Assembly (NCBI GenBank): GCA_035499005.1
Contig: DATJZQ010000013.1
Coordinates: 12,504-76,503, forward strand
Direction: 5' to 3'
From: Burkholderiales bacterium
GTDB taxonomy: Bacteria; Pseudomonadota; Gammaproteobacteria; Burkholderiales; SHXO01
DNA: 64,000 nucleotides
The position numbers and the translations under genes are program-made. Every line of letters begins with the position of its first letter. Positions within the stretch are counted from its first letter, which is position 1. The notes under the pieces are model-generated. The model saw only the letters and a list, made by a program, of their open reading frames with translations, did not search any database and was not told the origin of the DNA. This document shows, piece after piece, positions 11,226 to 20,261 of this stretch.

Positions 11226-11998
11226 CAGATGACCGGATTGGAGCCGCCGTCCATCGGGATGATCGCTCCGGTCACGTAACTCGCTCGATCCGAGGCGAGA
11301 AAAGCGACGACACTAGCGATCTCGTCTGCGCTCGCGTAACGCTGCAGCGGCACGCGGGACTGACCCTGCGTGAGCACCTCGTCTTCCGTCATCTTGCGAG
11401 CGGTTGCTTCGAGGCGCAGCGCTTCCTTGACGCGGTCGGTGAGCGTCGCGCCGGGGTTGACGGCGTTGATACGAATCCCTTTCGGTGCGTACACTTGAGC
11501 GAGGCCCACCGTCGCCAGCATCAGCGCCGAGTTGGCGGCGCCGCCCGGCAGGTGGATCGGGCTGGCGACTTTGCCGCCCATGCCGATCACGTTGACCACG
11601 CAGCCCGCGGCGCGTGATGCCATGTCGGGCAGCACAGCGTCCATCGCGTGGATGTAGGTGAAGTATTTCGCATCCATGGCCGCGTGCCAGGCGCTCGCGT
11701 CGAGATCGTCCGGAAGATAGCGCTTCGCTGCGCCGGCCGAGTTCACCAGGATGTCGATGCCGCCGAGCTTGTCCGTAACCTGGCGCGCCATGTCGCGTGC
11801 AGGCTCAGGGCGCGTCAGGTCGGCTGCAACCCAGAGTGTTGCGCCCGACGCGCCAGCCGCGCGCTCCAGATTCTCGCGGCTGCGCGAGGCGATGGCCACC
11901 TTGGCCCCCTCGGCGAGAAATGCCCGCGCGCAGGCGAGGCCGATGCCCTTGCTGCCGCCGGTGACCAGAACCACTTTGCCTTCCAGTTCGAGCTTCAC
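11225..11998 (-). CDS. SDR-family oxidoreductase
   Basis: 257 aa. Rossmann motif [12 protein letters not shown] motif. Lies between ubiA and ubiD. Confidence 0.8.
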   Translation of the reverse strand: MKLELEGKVVLVTGGSKGIGLACARAFLAEGAKVAIASRSRENLERAAGASGATLWVAADLTRPEPARDMARQVTDKLGGIDILVNSAGAAKRYLPDDLDASAWHAAMDAKYFTYIHAMDAVLPDMASRAAGCVVNVIGMGGKVASPIHLPGGAANSALMLATVGLAQVYAPKGIRINAVNPGATLTDRVKEALRLEATARKMTEDEVLTQGQSRVPLQRYASADEIASVVAFLASDRASYVTGAIIPMDGGSNPVI

Positions 11999-12050
11999 TG
12001 TTCTCTCCCGTTGCGTGGACTATAGGTGGCGCCCCTGCGAGTGGCAACCA

Positions 12051-12932
12051 TCAACGCGGCGCAGCAACCAGATACGCCAGCGCGATCCCCCCAAACACCG
12101 CGGCGCCGACCCAATTGTTGTCGTTGAAGGCGCGGAAACAACTACGCGGATCGCGCCCACGGATCAGCGTGTATTGATACAGCACCAGCACGAGCGCGCA
12201 CAACAGCCCGGCGTAGTACGGCCAGCCCAACCCAAGCCACCACCCGATGCTGCACATGAGCCCTAAGAACGCGGCGTGGCACAGCATCACCGCGGCGACA
12301 TCGTAGCGGCCGAACAGGATCGCCGAAGTCCTGATCCCGATCTTGCGGTCGTCCGCGCGATCGACCATCGCGTACTCGGTGTCGTAGGCGATGGTCCAGA
12401 ATATGTTGGCGAGGAGCAGCACCCAGGCGATGACAGGCAGGCTGTTGGTCTGAGCCGCATACGCCATAGGAATGCCGAATCCGAAAGCTACGCCGAGGTA
12501 GGCCTGAGGCAGCGCAAGAAAGCGCTTGGTGAACGGGTAGCTGACAGCGAGAAACAGCCCACAGAAAGACAGCAGCACCACCAGCCGGCCAAGCGGCAGG
12601 ATCAGAACGAATGCAACGAGGGCGAGCAGCGCGGCGAGAATCCACGCCTCTTTCACGCTCACCAGGCCCGCCGCGAGCGGCCGGTTGCGCGTGCGCTCGA
12701 CATGCGGGTCGAAGTTGCGGTCGGCGAAATCGTTCACCGCCACGCCGGCCGAGCGCATGAGCAGCGTGCCCAGCGCAAAGATCCAGACGATGCGCCAGTT
12801 CGGCCGTCCGTCGGCGCTGAGCCACAGCGCCCATAGCGTCGGCCACAGCAGCAGCAGCGTGCCGATGGGCTTGTCCAGGCGCAGCAGCTTTTCGTACAAG
12901 TCCAGCCGCCGCAGGATCGCCGAAACGTTCAT
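12051..12932 (-). CDS. ubiA: 4-hydroxybenzoate polyprenyltransferase UbiA
   Basis: Trimmed to MNVSAILRRLDLYEKLLRLDKPIGTLLLLWPTLWAL (ATG at 12932). UbiA motifs NDFADRNFD and YDTEYAMVDRADD. Confidence 0.85.
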   Translation of the reverse strand: MNVSAILRRLDLYEKLLRLDKPIGTLLLLWPTLWALWLSADGRPNWRIVWIFALGTLLMRSAGVAVNDFADRNFDPHVERTRNRPLAAGLVSVKEAWILAALLALVAFVLILPLGRLVVLLSFCGLFLAVSYPFTKRFLALPQAYLGVAFGFGIPMAYAAQTNSLPVIAWVLLLANIFWTIAYDTEYAMVDRADDRKIGIRTSAILFGRYDVAAVMLCHAAFLGLMCSIGWWLGLGWPYYAGLLCALVLVLYQYTLIRGRDPRSCFRAFNDNNWVGAAVFGGIALAYLVAAPR

Positions 12933-13116
12933 GACTACACCACGAGCCGCCAATGTGCTACGACGCTCAGAAAGCATTGAGTCACATCGTGCGGTAATCC
13001 GCGAACCGAATCTGAAAACGAGTCATCCCGCTTGTCGCAAACAAGTTGGCTACCAAGCGAAAGCTCCTTATCAAGGATTCGGTTTCCCTTGGCGTCGTGG
13101 CGGCTCATTCGAGTGC

Positions 13117-13635
13117 TCAGAGCTTGGCGCGAAGCTGGATGGCAGTCAGGATCCCCTGCAGGATTGCCCTCGGCGTCGGAGGGCAGCCGGGCACTGCGAC
13201 GTCCACCGGAATGACATTCGAGACTCGTCCGCAGCTCGCGTAGCTCTCGCCGAAGATGCCTCCGGTACAGCCGCAGTCGCCAATCGCGACGACGAGCTTG
13301 GGCTCGGGCGTCGCATCGTAGGTACGCTTGAGCGCCGTTTCCATATTCCGCGACACGGGCCCTGTCACGAGCAGCATATCGGCGTGGCGCGGGCTCGCCA
13401 CAAAACGGATGCCGAGGCCCTCGAGATTGTGGTACGGATTGTTGGCCGCGTGTATCTCCAGCTCGCATCCGTTGCACGAGCCCGCATCGACGTGGCGGAT
13501 GGTGAGTGCGCCGGCAAATGAGCGCAGCACGCTGTCTTCCAGCTGCTGCTGCAGCACGCGCAAGCTCTCATCGGCCTCCGGGGGCGACTCGCTCACGATG
13601 CCGCTCTGCGCGATCTTCTTCAGGATCTGATACAC
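13117..13635 (-). CDS. Ehr/hydrogenase-4-like complex, NuoB/HycG/HyfI-type small subunit
   Basis: 172 aa. The [4Fe-4S]-type cysteines are retained in GSCNGCE, GDCGCTGG and PGCPP. Last gene of the six-gene operon. Confidence 0.85.
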   Translation of the reverse strand: MYQILKKIAQSGIVSESPPEADESLRVLQQQLEDSVLRSFAGALTIRHVDAGSCNGCELEIHAANNPYHNLEGLGIRFVASPRHADMLLVTGPVSRNMETALKRTYDATPEPKLVVAIGDCGCTGGIFGESYASCGRVSNVIPVDVAVPGCPPTPRAILQGILTAIQLRAKL

Positions 13636-13648
13636 GTCTGGACCACGC

Positions 13649-15190
13649 TCACAGGTCTACCCCGCTGTAGCTCAGATTGAACGACTTGTTGATGAGCGGA
13701 AAGTCGGGAACGATGTTGTCGATTACCGCGTGTTCGAGCAGCGGCCAGTTCTGCCATGAGGGATCGTGCGGGTGGACGCGCGCCAGCGATCCTCCCGGCC
13801 CCGCTTCCAGCGCAACCAGCACTTCACCGCGCCAGCCTTCGACCCAGCCCAGCCCCACGCTGCCCTCGGCCGGAAGGGGCAGGCTTCCGCGAATCTCGCT
13901 GTGCGGCAGCCGGTCCAGGATCACCCAGCACAGATCGAGCGACTCCAGAATCTCGTCGAAACGCACCGTCACGCGCGCGGCGACGTCGCCGGTGCGATGC
14001 GTCGCCATGCGCACGTCGAGGCTGTCGTACGGTGTGGGCGGGAACTGAGTACGGAGGTCCCAGGACATGCCGCTCGCGCGGCCGGCGAGGCCGCACAAGC
14101 CGAGCCGGTCAGCGAGGTCCGGCGCGACCCGCCCGGCACCGATGAAACGGTCCTGCAGCCCGGGATGCTCGTCGTAGATGACTCTGAGGGAACGGATCGC
14201 CGTGCGCAGCGCGCCGATCTCGGCGCGCATGGCCTGCGCCCCCGCACTGTCGATGTCGCGCGCAACGCCGCCCGGAACGATCGCGTCCATCAGGTAGCGA
14301 TGCCCGAACACCGTGTGGTTGAGCCGCAGCACGTCCTCCTTGAGACGGGAGAACTGCGCGAGTCCGAAGGCGAGACCCGCGTCGTTGCCGAGGAACCCGA
14401 GGTCACCGAGATGGTTGGCGATGCGCTCGCGCTCCAGCAGCAGCGCGCGCAGCCACTGGGCGCGCTCGGGCGGCGTGGCGAACGCCGCGCCTTCGGCCGC
14501 CATGCAGTAGGCCCAGCCGTACGCGACCGTCGAATCTCCGCTCACGCGGCCAGCCAGCCGCGCCGCATCCACGATGCTCATCGACTCGAACAGCTTTTCG
14601 ACGCCCTTGTGCTTGTAGCCGAGGCGTTCTTCGAGGCGCAGCACGCGCTCGCCGACGATCGAGAAACGGAAGTGGCCCGGCTCGATCGTGCCCGCGTGCA
14701 CAGGCCCCACCGGAATCTCGTGCACGCCGTCGCCGCGCACCGCGACAAAGGGGTAGTGCTCCGCCGAGGCCTGATGCATCGCCTTCACGTCAAAGCCCTT
14801 GCGCAACGGAAATTCGTGCTCAGCCCACGCCCCGTGCCGCAGCCATTGCCGAGCATCGCCGCCCTCGGCACGCACACCGAGCAGGTCGAAGGCCGCGCGC
14901 TGCATGCGGTTGGCGGCGGGAAACACGTCGGCGATGCCGGGAAACTCGGGCCGCTGCGCGGAGACAGGCAGCGTCAGCCACACGAGCCCGGAACGGACCG
15001 TAAGCGCCATGTGCACCTCGAAGGCATGACGACCGACGATCTCCGAGGCCCACAACGCGACCAGCCGTCCACCCTTCCCGCGCACCTGTTCGGCGAGCGA
15101 GCGCCATTGAGCGGCATCGACACCACCGCGCCAGACCGGCATGGCGCCGGGCACAGGGCTCAGCTCGACCGGAAAGTCTTCGATCTGCAT
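13649..15190 (-). CDS. Ehr/hydrogenase-4-like complex, NuoC-NuoD fused large subunit (HycE/HyfG-like) lacking Ni-Fe ligands
   Basis: 513 aa. Group-4 large-subunit hallmarks GPVHAGTIEPGHFRF and ERLGYKHKGVEKL are present. The RxCGxC position reads GRVSGDS and the DPCxxC position reads NLSYSG, followed directly by the stop. Confidence 0.85.
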   Translation of the reverse strand: MQIEDFPVELSPVPGAMPVWRGGVDAAQWRSLAEQVRGKGGRLVALWASEIVGRHAFEVHMALTVRSGLVWLTLPVSAQRPEFPGIADVFPAANRMQRAAFDLLGVRAEGGDARQWLRHGAWAEHEFPLRKGFDVKAMHQASAEHYPFVAVRGDGVHEIPVGPVHAGTIEPGHFRFSIVGERVLRLEERLGYKHKGVEKLFESMSIVDAARLAGRVSGDSTVAYGWAYCMAAEGAAFATPPERAQWLRALLLERERIANHLGDLGFLGNDAGLAFGLAQFSRLKEDVLRLNHTVFGHRYLMDAIVPGGVARDIDSAGAQAMRAEIGALRTAIRSLRVIYDEHPGLQDRFIGAGRVAPDLADRLGLCGLAGRASGMSWDLRTQFPPTPYDSLDVRMATHRTGDVAARVTVRFDEILESLDLCWVILDRLPHSEIRGSLPLPAEGSVGLGWVEGWRGEVLVALEAGPGGSLARVHPHDPSWQNWPLLEHAVIDNIVPDFPLINKSFNLSYSGVDL

Positions 15191-15200
15191 ATGGGTGCGG

Positions 15201-16652
15201 TCAGCCGATCATCCGCGCCGCGGCCCGGTACCACTGCGCGAGGTAAGGCGGGATGTAAAGGCCGAGCAGCAAGACCAGCAAGAGGTGCACGAACACCGGC
15301 AACAGCGCCGGCGGATGTGGCAGCCGCTGCGCCGTGCTGTCGCCGAATACCATCGCCTGCACTTTGCTGAAGATCGCTGCGAATCCGACGCCGAGCGCCG
15401 CCAGCAACAGCGGCGTCGCCCACGGCTGTTCTCGCATGGCGGTGGTGAGGATCAGGAACTCGCTGGCGAACACACCGAAGGGCGGAATGCCGAGGATGGC
15501 GATGCTCCCGAGCATCAGGCCCCAGCCGACCGCGGGGCTCACCTGGATCAGCCCGCGGATCTGCGCGATGACCTGCGTCCCGGTCTTCTGCGCTGCATGC
15601 CCGACGGCGAAGAAGATGGCCGATTTGGTCAGCGAGTGCGCGGTCATGTGCAGCAGTCCAGCGAACGACGCGACCGGCCCGCCCATGCCGAAAGCAAACG
15701 TGATGATGCCCATGTGCTCGATCGACGAGTAGGCAAACAGCCGCTTGACGTCGGTCTGGCGAGACAGGAAAAAAGCGGCGACCAGTGCGGACAGCAGGCC
15801 GAAACCCATCATGAGGTTGCCGGCAAGGTGAGAGCCGAGCGCGCCGTCCACCAGCACTTTGTTGCGCACCACCGCGTACAGCGCCACGTTCAGCAGCAGC
15901 CCCGACAACACCGCCGAGATTGGCGTCGGGCCCTCGGCGTGCGCATCCGGCAGCCAGTTGTGCAGCGGCACCAGGCCGACTTTCGTCCCGTAGCCGACGA
16001 GCAGGAAAACGAAGGCGATGGACAACACGTTCGGCTCGAGCTGGTCGCGCACCGCCTGCAGGTGGGTCCACAGCAGCGCGCCGCCCCCCGCACCCAGCAC
16101 TTTCTCGGCCGCCAGGTAGAGCAGGATGGTGCCGAACAGCGCCTGTGCGATGCCCACACCGCACAGGATGAAATACTTCCACGCGGCCTCGATCCCAGCC
16201 GCGGTGCGATACAGGCTCACCAGCAGAACAGTCGTAAGCGTGGCCGCCTCCATCGCCACCCACAGGATCCCCACATTGTTGGTGGTGAGCGCCAGCAGCA
16301 TGGTGAACATGAACATCTGGTACATGCTGTGGTAGAGGCGGAGCCGGCCCGCAGTGAGCTTGCCCCGCTCCTGCTCGACGCGCATGTAGACGCGACCGAA
16401 CAGCGCCGTGGTGAAGCCGACGAAGGCGGTGAGCGCGACCAGAAAAACGTTGAAGGCGTCGACGAAGAACAGCTCGCGCCCGGCTGTCTGCGGTCCCAGG
16501 GAGACGATGCGTGCCGTGAGCGCGAGCGCGGCGAGCAGTGTGAGCAGGCTCACCGAGGCATTCAGCTCCGCCGCCCATGGTCGATGCCCCCGGAGCGCCA
16601 GCAGCAGCGCTCCAGTCAGCGGCAACCCCAGGACCAGCACGATCTCCGTCAC
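15201..16652 (-). CDS. Ehr/hydrogenase-4-like complex, HyfF-like (NuoM/N-type antiporter-like) membrane subunit
   Basis: 483 aa polytopic protein. Proton-antiporter-family segments: WVAMEAATLTTVLLV, VPLHNWLPDAHAEGPTPISAVLSG. GTG start with GTGA overlap on the hyfE-like stop. Confidence 0.85.
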   Translation of the reverse strand: MTEIVLVLGLPLTGALLLALRGHRPWAAELNASVSLLTLLAALALTARIVSLGPQTAGRELFFVDAFNVFLVALTAFVGFTTALFGRVYMRVEQERGKLTAGRLRLYHSMYQMFMFTMLLALTTNNVGILWVAMEAATLTTVLLVSLYRTAAGIEAAWKYFILCGVGIAQALFGTILLYLAAEKVLGAGGGALLWTHLQAVRDQLEPNVLSIAFVFLLVGYGTKVGLVPLHNWLPDAHAEGPTPISAVLSGLLLNVALYAVVRNKVLVDGALGSHLAGNLMMGFGLLSALVAAFFLSRQTDVKRLFAYSSIEHMGIITFAFGMGGPVASFAGLLHMTAHSLTKSAIFFAVGHAAQKTGTQVIAQIRGLIQVSPAVGWGLMLGSIAILGIPPFGVFASEFLILTTAMREQPWATPLLLAALGVGFAAIFSKVQAMVFGDSTAQRLPHPPALLPVFVHLLLVLLLGLYIPPYLAQWYRAAARMIG

Positions 16653-17314
16653 GTCTTTTCCTTCAGCTTCTCGAGGTGATGAATATCCAGGCTGTCGAAC
16701 GTCTCTCGGATCTGGAAGAAGAAGATGCCGAAGATAAAGGCCCCGACCAGCACGTCCAGCGCGATGCCCAGCTCAACCACCATCGGCATGCCGTAAGTGG
16801 CGCTGGTGGCGGCGAAGAACAGGCCATTCTCCATGGCGAGAAAGCCGATCACCTGCGGCACGGCCTTGCGCCGCGTGATCATCATGAGGAACGACAGCAG
16901 CACGCTGGCCATCGCCATCCCGAGTGAGCTGCGCGTGATCGTGCCGGCCAGCTGTGAGATGGGCAGCGCCAGATTGAACGCCACGATCACCAGCAGGATG
17001 CCCACCAGCATGGTGGTCGGGATGTTGATCAAGGTCTCCACGTCCCAGCGGATGTTCAGACGGTCGATTAGGCGGTGCAGCAGCCACGGCAGCGCGAGCA
17101 CCTTGATGCCGAGCGTCAGCGCGGCAGAGAAGTACAAGTGAGGCTGGTGGGTAGCGAAGGCCACCACGGCCGTGTTGACCGACAGCACCAGTCCCTGCAG
17201 CGCGAACAGGTAGATCAGCCGCAGGATGCGTCGCTGCGAGACCATCGCGAAGGCGATCAACAACAGCAGGCACGCCATGAGATTGATGAGCTGGTGCGTC
17301 AAGGGCAGCGTCAT
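16649..17314 (-). CDS. Ehr/hydrogenase-4-like complex, HyfE-like (NuoK-related) membrane subunit
   Basis: Track ORF 16649-18178 trimmed to MTLPLTHQLINLMACLLLL (ATG 17312-17314, ATGA overlap). 221 aa hydrophobic protein with FLAMENGLFF, typical of HyfE. Confidence 0.8.
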   Translation of the reverse strand: MTLPLTHQLINLMACLLLLIAFAMVSQRRILRLIYLFALQGLVLSVNTAVVAFATHQPHLYFSAALTLGIKVLALPWLLHRLIDRLNIRWDVETLINIPTTMLVGILLVIVAFNLALPISQLAGTITRSSLGMAMASVLLSFLMMITRRKAVPQVIGFLAMENGLFFAATSATYGMPMVVELGIALDVLVGAFIFGIFFFQIRETFDSLDIHHLEKLKEKT

Positions 17315-18264
17315 CCCGCGCTCCCGAGCAGCAGCCGCGTCAGCATCCCCAGCACAGCGAGCAGGAACGCCATGCCCAGGAATTCGGGCACGCGGAAGAT
17401 CCGCATCTTCGCCGATACCGTCTCCAGCGCCGCGAGCGCGGCGCCGCCCAGCAGCAGCTTGGCGAGCAGCGCCACCACCGACAGCGGCATCACGCCCCAT
17501 TGTCCCGCGGCGGCGATGCCCCAGGGCAGAAACAGCGCGATCCCGATGCCGGCATAAGTCATCAGTTTGAGCGCATGCGCCCACTCGAGCAGGGCGAGAT
17601 GGCGCGCGGAATACTCCAGGATCAGCGCCTCGTGGATCATGGTGAGCTCCAGATGCGTGGCCGGATTGTCCACCGGGATGCGCGCGTTCTCCGCCAGCAG
17701 GAGCATGACAAAGGCGACTCCCGCAAAGGCAAGGCTCGGGTAGAGGGTAAGCTCGCGATGAGCCAGCGTCTCGACGATGGTGGTGAGCGCGGTGGACTGG
17801 CTGATCAGCGCCGGCGTGAAGAACACCATCAGGAGCGCCGGCTCCGCGAGGCTCGCCACGAACATCTCCCGGCGCGCGCCGAGCGAGCCGAACGCGGTGC
17901 CGACGTCCATGGCCGCCAGCGACATCCACACGCGCGCCAGCGCCAGCAGGCCGACCAGCGCGATGACGTCCGCAGCAGGAGAGAAGGGGAGGTCGGTCGC
18001 CAGCAGCGGAACGATGCTCACCGCCAGCACCATGCAGCCAAACACTGCGTAAGGCGCGAAACGGAACAGCCACGAGGCGTTGTGCGCCACGACCGCGTCC
18101 TTGCGGAACAGCTTCGCGATCACGCGATAGGGCTGCAGCAGACCCGGGCCCGACCTGTTCTGCAGCCATGCACGGCACTGATTGACCCAGCCCACCACGA
18201 GCGGCGCCAGCAGCACCGCCAGCAGCGTCTGGAACAGCTGGGAAGCGAGGAAACCCGGGTTCAT
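17311..18264 (-). CDS. Ehr/hydrogenase-4-like complex, HyfC/HycD-like (NuoH-type) membrane subunit
   Basis: Track ORF 17311-18816 trimmed to MNPGFLASQLFQTLLAVLLAP (ATG 18262-18264, ATGA overlap). 317 aa, NuoH/HycD-like (AENARIPVDNPATHLELTMIHEA). Confidence 0.85.
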   Translation of the reverse strand: MNPGFLASQLFQTLLAVLLAPLVVGWVNQCRAWLQNRSGPGLLQPYRVIAKLFRKDAVVAHNASWLFRFAPYAVFGCMVLAVSIVPLLATDLPFSPAADVIALVGLLALARVWMSLAAMDVGTAFGSLGARREMFVASLAEPALLMVFFTPALISQSTALTTIVETLAHRELTLYPSLAFAGVAFVMLLLAENARIPVDNPATHLELTMIHEALILEYSARHLALLEWAHALKLMTYAGIGIALFLPWGIAAAGQWGVMPLSVVALLAKLLLGGAALAALETVSAKMRIFRVPEFLGMAFLLAVLGMLTRLLLGSAG

Positions 18265-20261
18265 TGGATGAGGAGCAGCAGCACGAGCAGCGTGGCGAAG
18301 CTGTAGATCAGGTACAGGTGGATGCGGCCGTGGTGCACGACGGCGACCAGCGAGGAGACGAATTCCGCAAGCCTGGTCACGGGCACGTAAATCCAGTACC
18401 AGAACCGGTCCTCTATCCTTGATCGGTACAGCGGTTGAGCGTCGAACGGGCTCGGCTGCAGGCGCTCCACCTTGAAGAATGCCTCGAAGATCTGCTTGAC
18501 GGGCTGGCTGAAGCCCTCGGCCGAATCCTGCATGCGGGGCTCGAGCGGACCGAATCCGCAATCCCACGGAGCGGAACGTCGCACGCGCCCGTGATAGAAG
18601 CGCCGCACGAGGACAAACGTAGCGAGCACGGTCAGCACGATGCCGAGCAGGAACAGCGGCGCACTGTAGCTGGCACGTTCGGGCTGCAGCGCGGTCAGGA
18701 ACAACCAGCTCGACCCCTGCGTGGCATCGTGCAGCGTCGCCCCGACCAGCACGCGCGCAATCGGGTCCACCGCGGCGAGCACCAGCGCCGGCAACAGGCC
18801 CAGCACGACGCACCACCCCGCCAGCCAGGCGAGGCCCGCGCGCTCCCAGCGATCGGCGTCATGCGCCTGCGCCAGTTCCTCGCGCGGCAGCCCGAGAAAT
18901 ACCACCCCGTAGAACTTGACCATGACGTAGCCCGCCATCGCCACTGCCAGCGCCAGCGCAGCCGTGGCAACCGGAACCAGCATGCTGAGGTAGCTGCTGG
19001 GCAGGCTGGGCGAGAACAAGAACGCCTGGAACAGCATCCACTCCGAGGCGAAACCATTGAGCGGCGGCAGGCCGGCGATGGCGAGCGCACCGATCAGCCC
19101 CGCTGCCGCAACCCACGGCATGCGGCGAATCAAGCCGCCGAGCTTGCCCAGGCTGCGGTGGCTGGTGGCGTGCATGACCGAACCGGTCACCAGGAACAGC
19201 AGGCTCTTGAACAGCGCGTGGTTGAGGCAGTGATACAGCGTGGCTGCGAGCGCCAGGCCAGCCAACACGTTCATGTCGTAGCTGTGGAACAGGGTTGTCA
19301 GACCGAAGCCGGCCAGGATGACGCCGAGGTTTTCGATGGATGAGTAAGCGAGCAGGCGCTTCATATCGGTCTGCACGGCCGCGAACAGCGCGCCGAACAG
19401 CGCCGTCGCGAGCCCCAGCGACAGCGCTGCGACGCCCCACCACCAGACGCGCGTGTGCAACAGATCGAAGCTCACCCGCAGCAGGCCGTAGATGGCTGTC
19501 TTGAGCATCACGCCGCTCAGGAGCCCGGACACTGGAGAGGGCGCCGCGGGATGCGCCTCGGGCAGCCAGACGTGAACGGGCAGAAACCCGGCCTTGGCGC
19601 CGAAGCCGAACAGGGCCAAAACAAAAGCGATCGAAGCCCATGGCGGCGACAGGGTGTTGCCGCGCATGGCGTCGAATGTGTAGCTCCACTGGCCGAGCTG
19701 CAGCGTCCCGAAGCAGAGCAGGATCGACAGCGCGCCGATGTGCGCGACAATCAAGTAAAGCAGCCCGGCGCTGCGGATCTGCGCGACCCGATGGTCGGTC
19801 GTAACTAGAAAATAGGACGCAACCGCCATCGTTTCCCACGCGACCATGAACAGATACGCGTCGTCGGCGAGCAGCACCACCGCCATGCTGGCGAGGAAGA
19901 CGTGGTACTGCAGACAGATCAGCCGGATGTCGCCGTCGCCGCTCTTCTCGAAGTAGCCCGCGGAGTACAGGGAGACGCCGGTGCTGACCGCGCCGAGCAG
20001 CACCAGGAAGAAGGCCGACAGCGAGTCGAGGCGCACATGAAACGGAAGGTCCGGGAGGCCGAACGGCAAGATGAGAGACTGCGGGTCGGCGCCGAGCGTG
20101 GTGCAGGCAGCCACGGCGAGCACCAGGCCGCCGAGCGCGCCGAGCGGAAAGAATGCGCGTGCGTGCGCACGCCGGCTCGCCTTGGAGGAAAGCCCGAACA
20201 GGCCGACCGCGATCCAGTAGAGCGGCACGGCGAGGACGGCAGCGGCGCTCCAACTAGACAC
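18261..20261 (-). CDS. Ehr/hydrogenase-4-like complex, HyfB/HycC-like (NuoL-type antiporter-like) membrane subunit
   Basis: 666 aa. N-terminal architecture and segments (RLDSLSAFFLVLL, MVAWETMAVASYFLV, LPEAHPAAPSPVSGLLSGVM) match HyfB/HycC. The start at 20261 lies 8 nt inside the recG 3' end. Confidence 0.85.
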   Translation of the reverse strand: MSSWSAAAVLAVPLYWIAVGLFGLSSKASRRAHARAFFPLGALGGLVLAVAACTTLGADPQSLILPFGLPDLPFHVRLDSLSAFFLVLLGAVSTGVSLYSAGYFEKSGDGDIRLICLQYHVFLASMAVVLLADDAYLFMVAWETMAVASYFLVTTDHRVAQIRSAGLLYLIVAHIGALSILLCFGTLQLGQWSYTFDAMRGNTLSPPWASIAFVLALFGFGAKAGFLPVHVWLPEAHPAAPSPVSGLLSGVMLKTAIYGLLRVSFDLLHTRVWWWGVAALSLGLATALFGALFAAVQTDMKRLLAYSSIENLGVILAGFGLTTLFHSYDMNVLAGLALAATLYHCLNHALFKSLLFLVTGSVMHATSHRSLGKLGGLIRRMPWVAAAGLIGALAIAGLPPLNGFASEWMLFQAFLFSPSLPSSYLSMLVPVATAALALAVAMAGYVMVKFYGVVFLGLPREELAQAHDADRWERAGLAWLAGWCVVLGLLPALVLAAVDPIARVLVGATLHDATQGSSWLFLTALQPERASYSAPLFLLGIVLTVLATFVLVRRFYHGRVRRSAPWDCGFGPLEPRMQDSAEGFSQPVKQIFEAFFKVERLQPSPFDAQPLYRSRIEDRFWYWIYVPVTRLAEFVSSLVAVVHHGRIHLYLIYSFATLLVLLLLIQ

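Noticed and set aside
16649-18178. Long N-terminal extensions in the ORF track. Examples: 16649-18178, 17311-18816, 3851-5644, 30201-31502, 34601-36508, 35170-37011, 44339-45751, 46789-48180, 60203-61396.
   Set aside because: The extensions run through the upstream gene in another frame. Each real protein begins at an internal ATG or GTG placed at or near the upstream gene's stop (ATGA/GTGA/TGATG overlaps), often with a Shine-Dalgarno. I trimmed the coordinates accordingly.
13117-20261. Annotating the operon as a functional hydrogenase-4 / formate hydrogenlyase (hyfBCEFGI).
   Set aside because: The large subunit has Ser/Ser and Ser/Gly at the four Ni-Fe cysteine positions and no C-terminal maturation peptide. 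No HycF/HycB-type ferredoxin, fdhF, hyp or hycI genes accompany it. Subunit homology is real, but the hydrogenase function is not supported.
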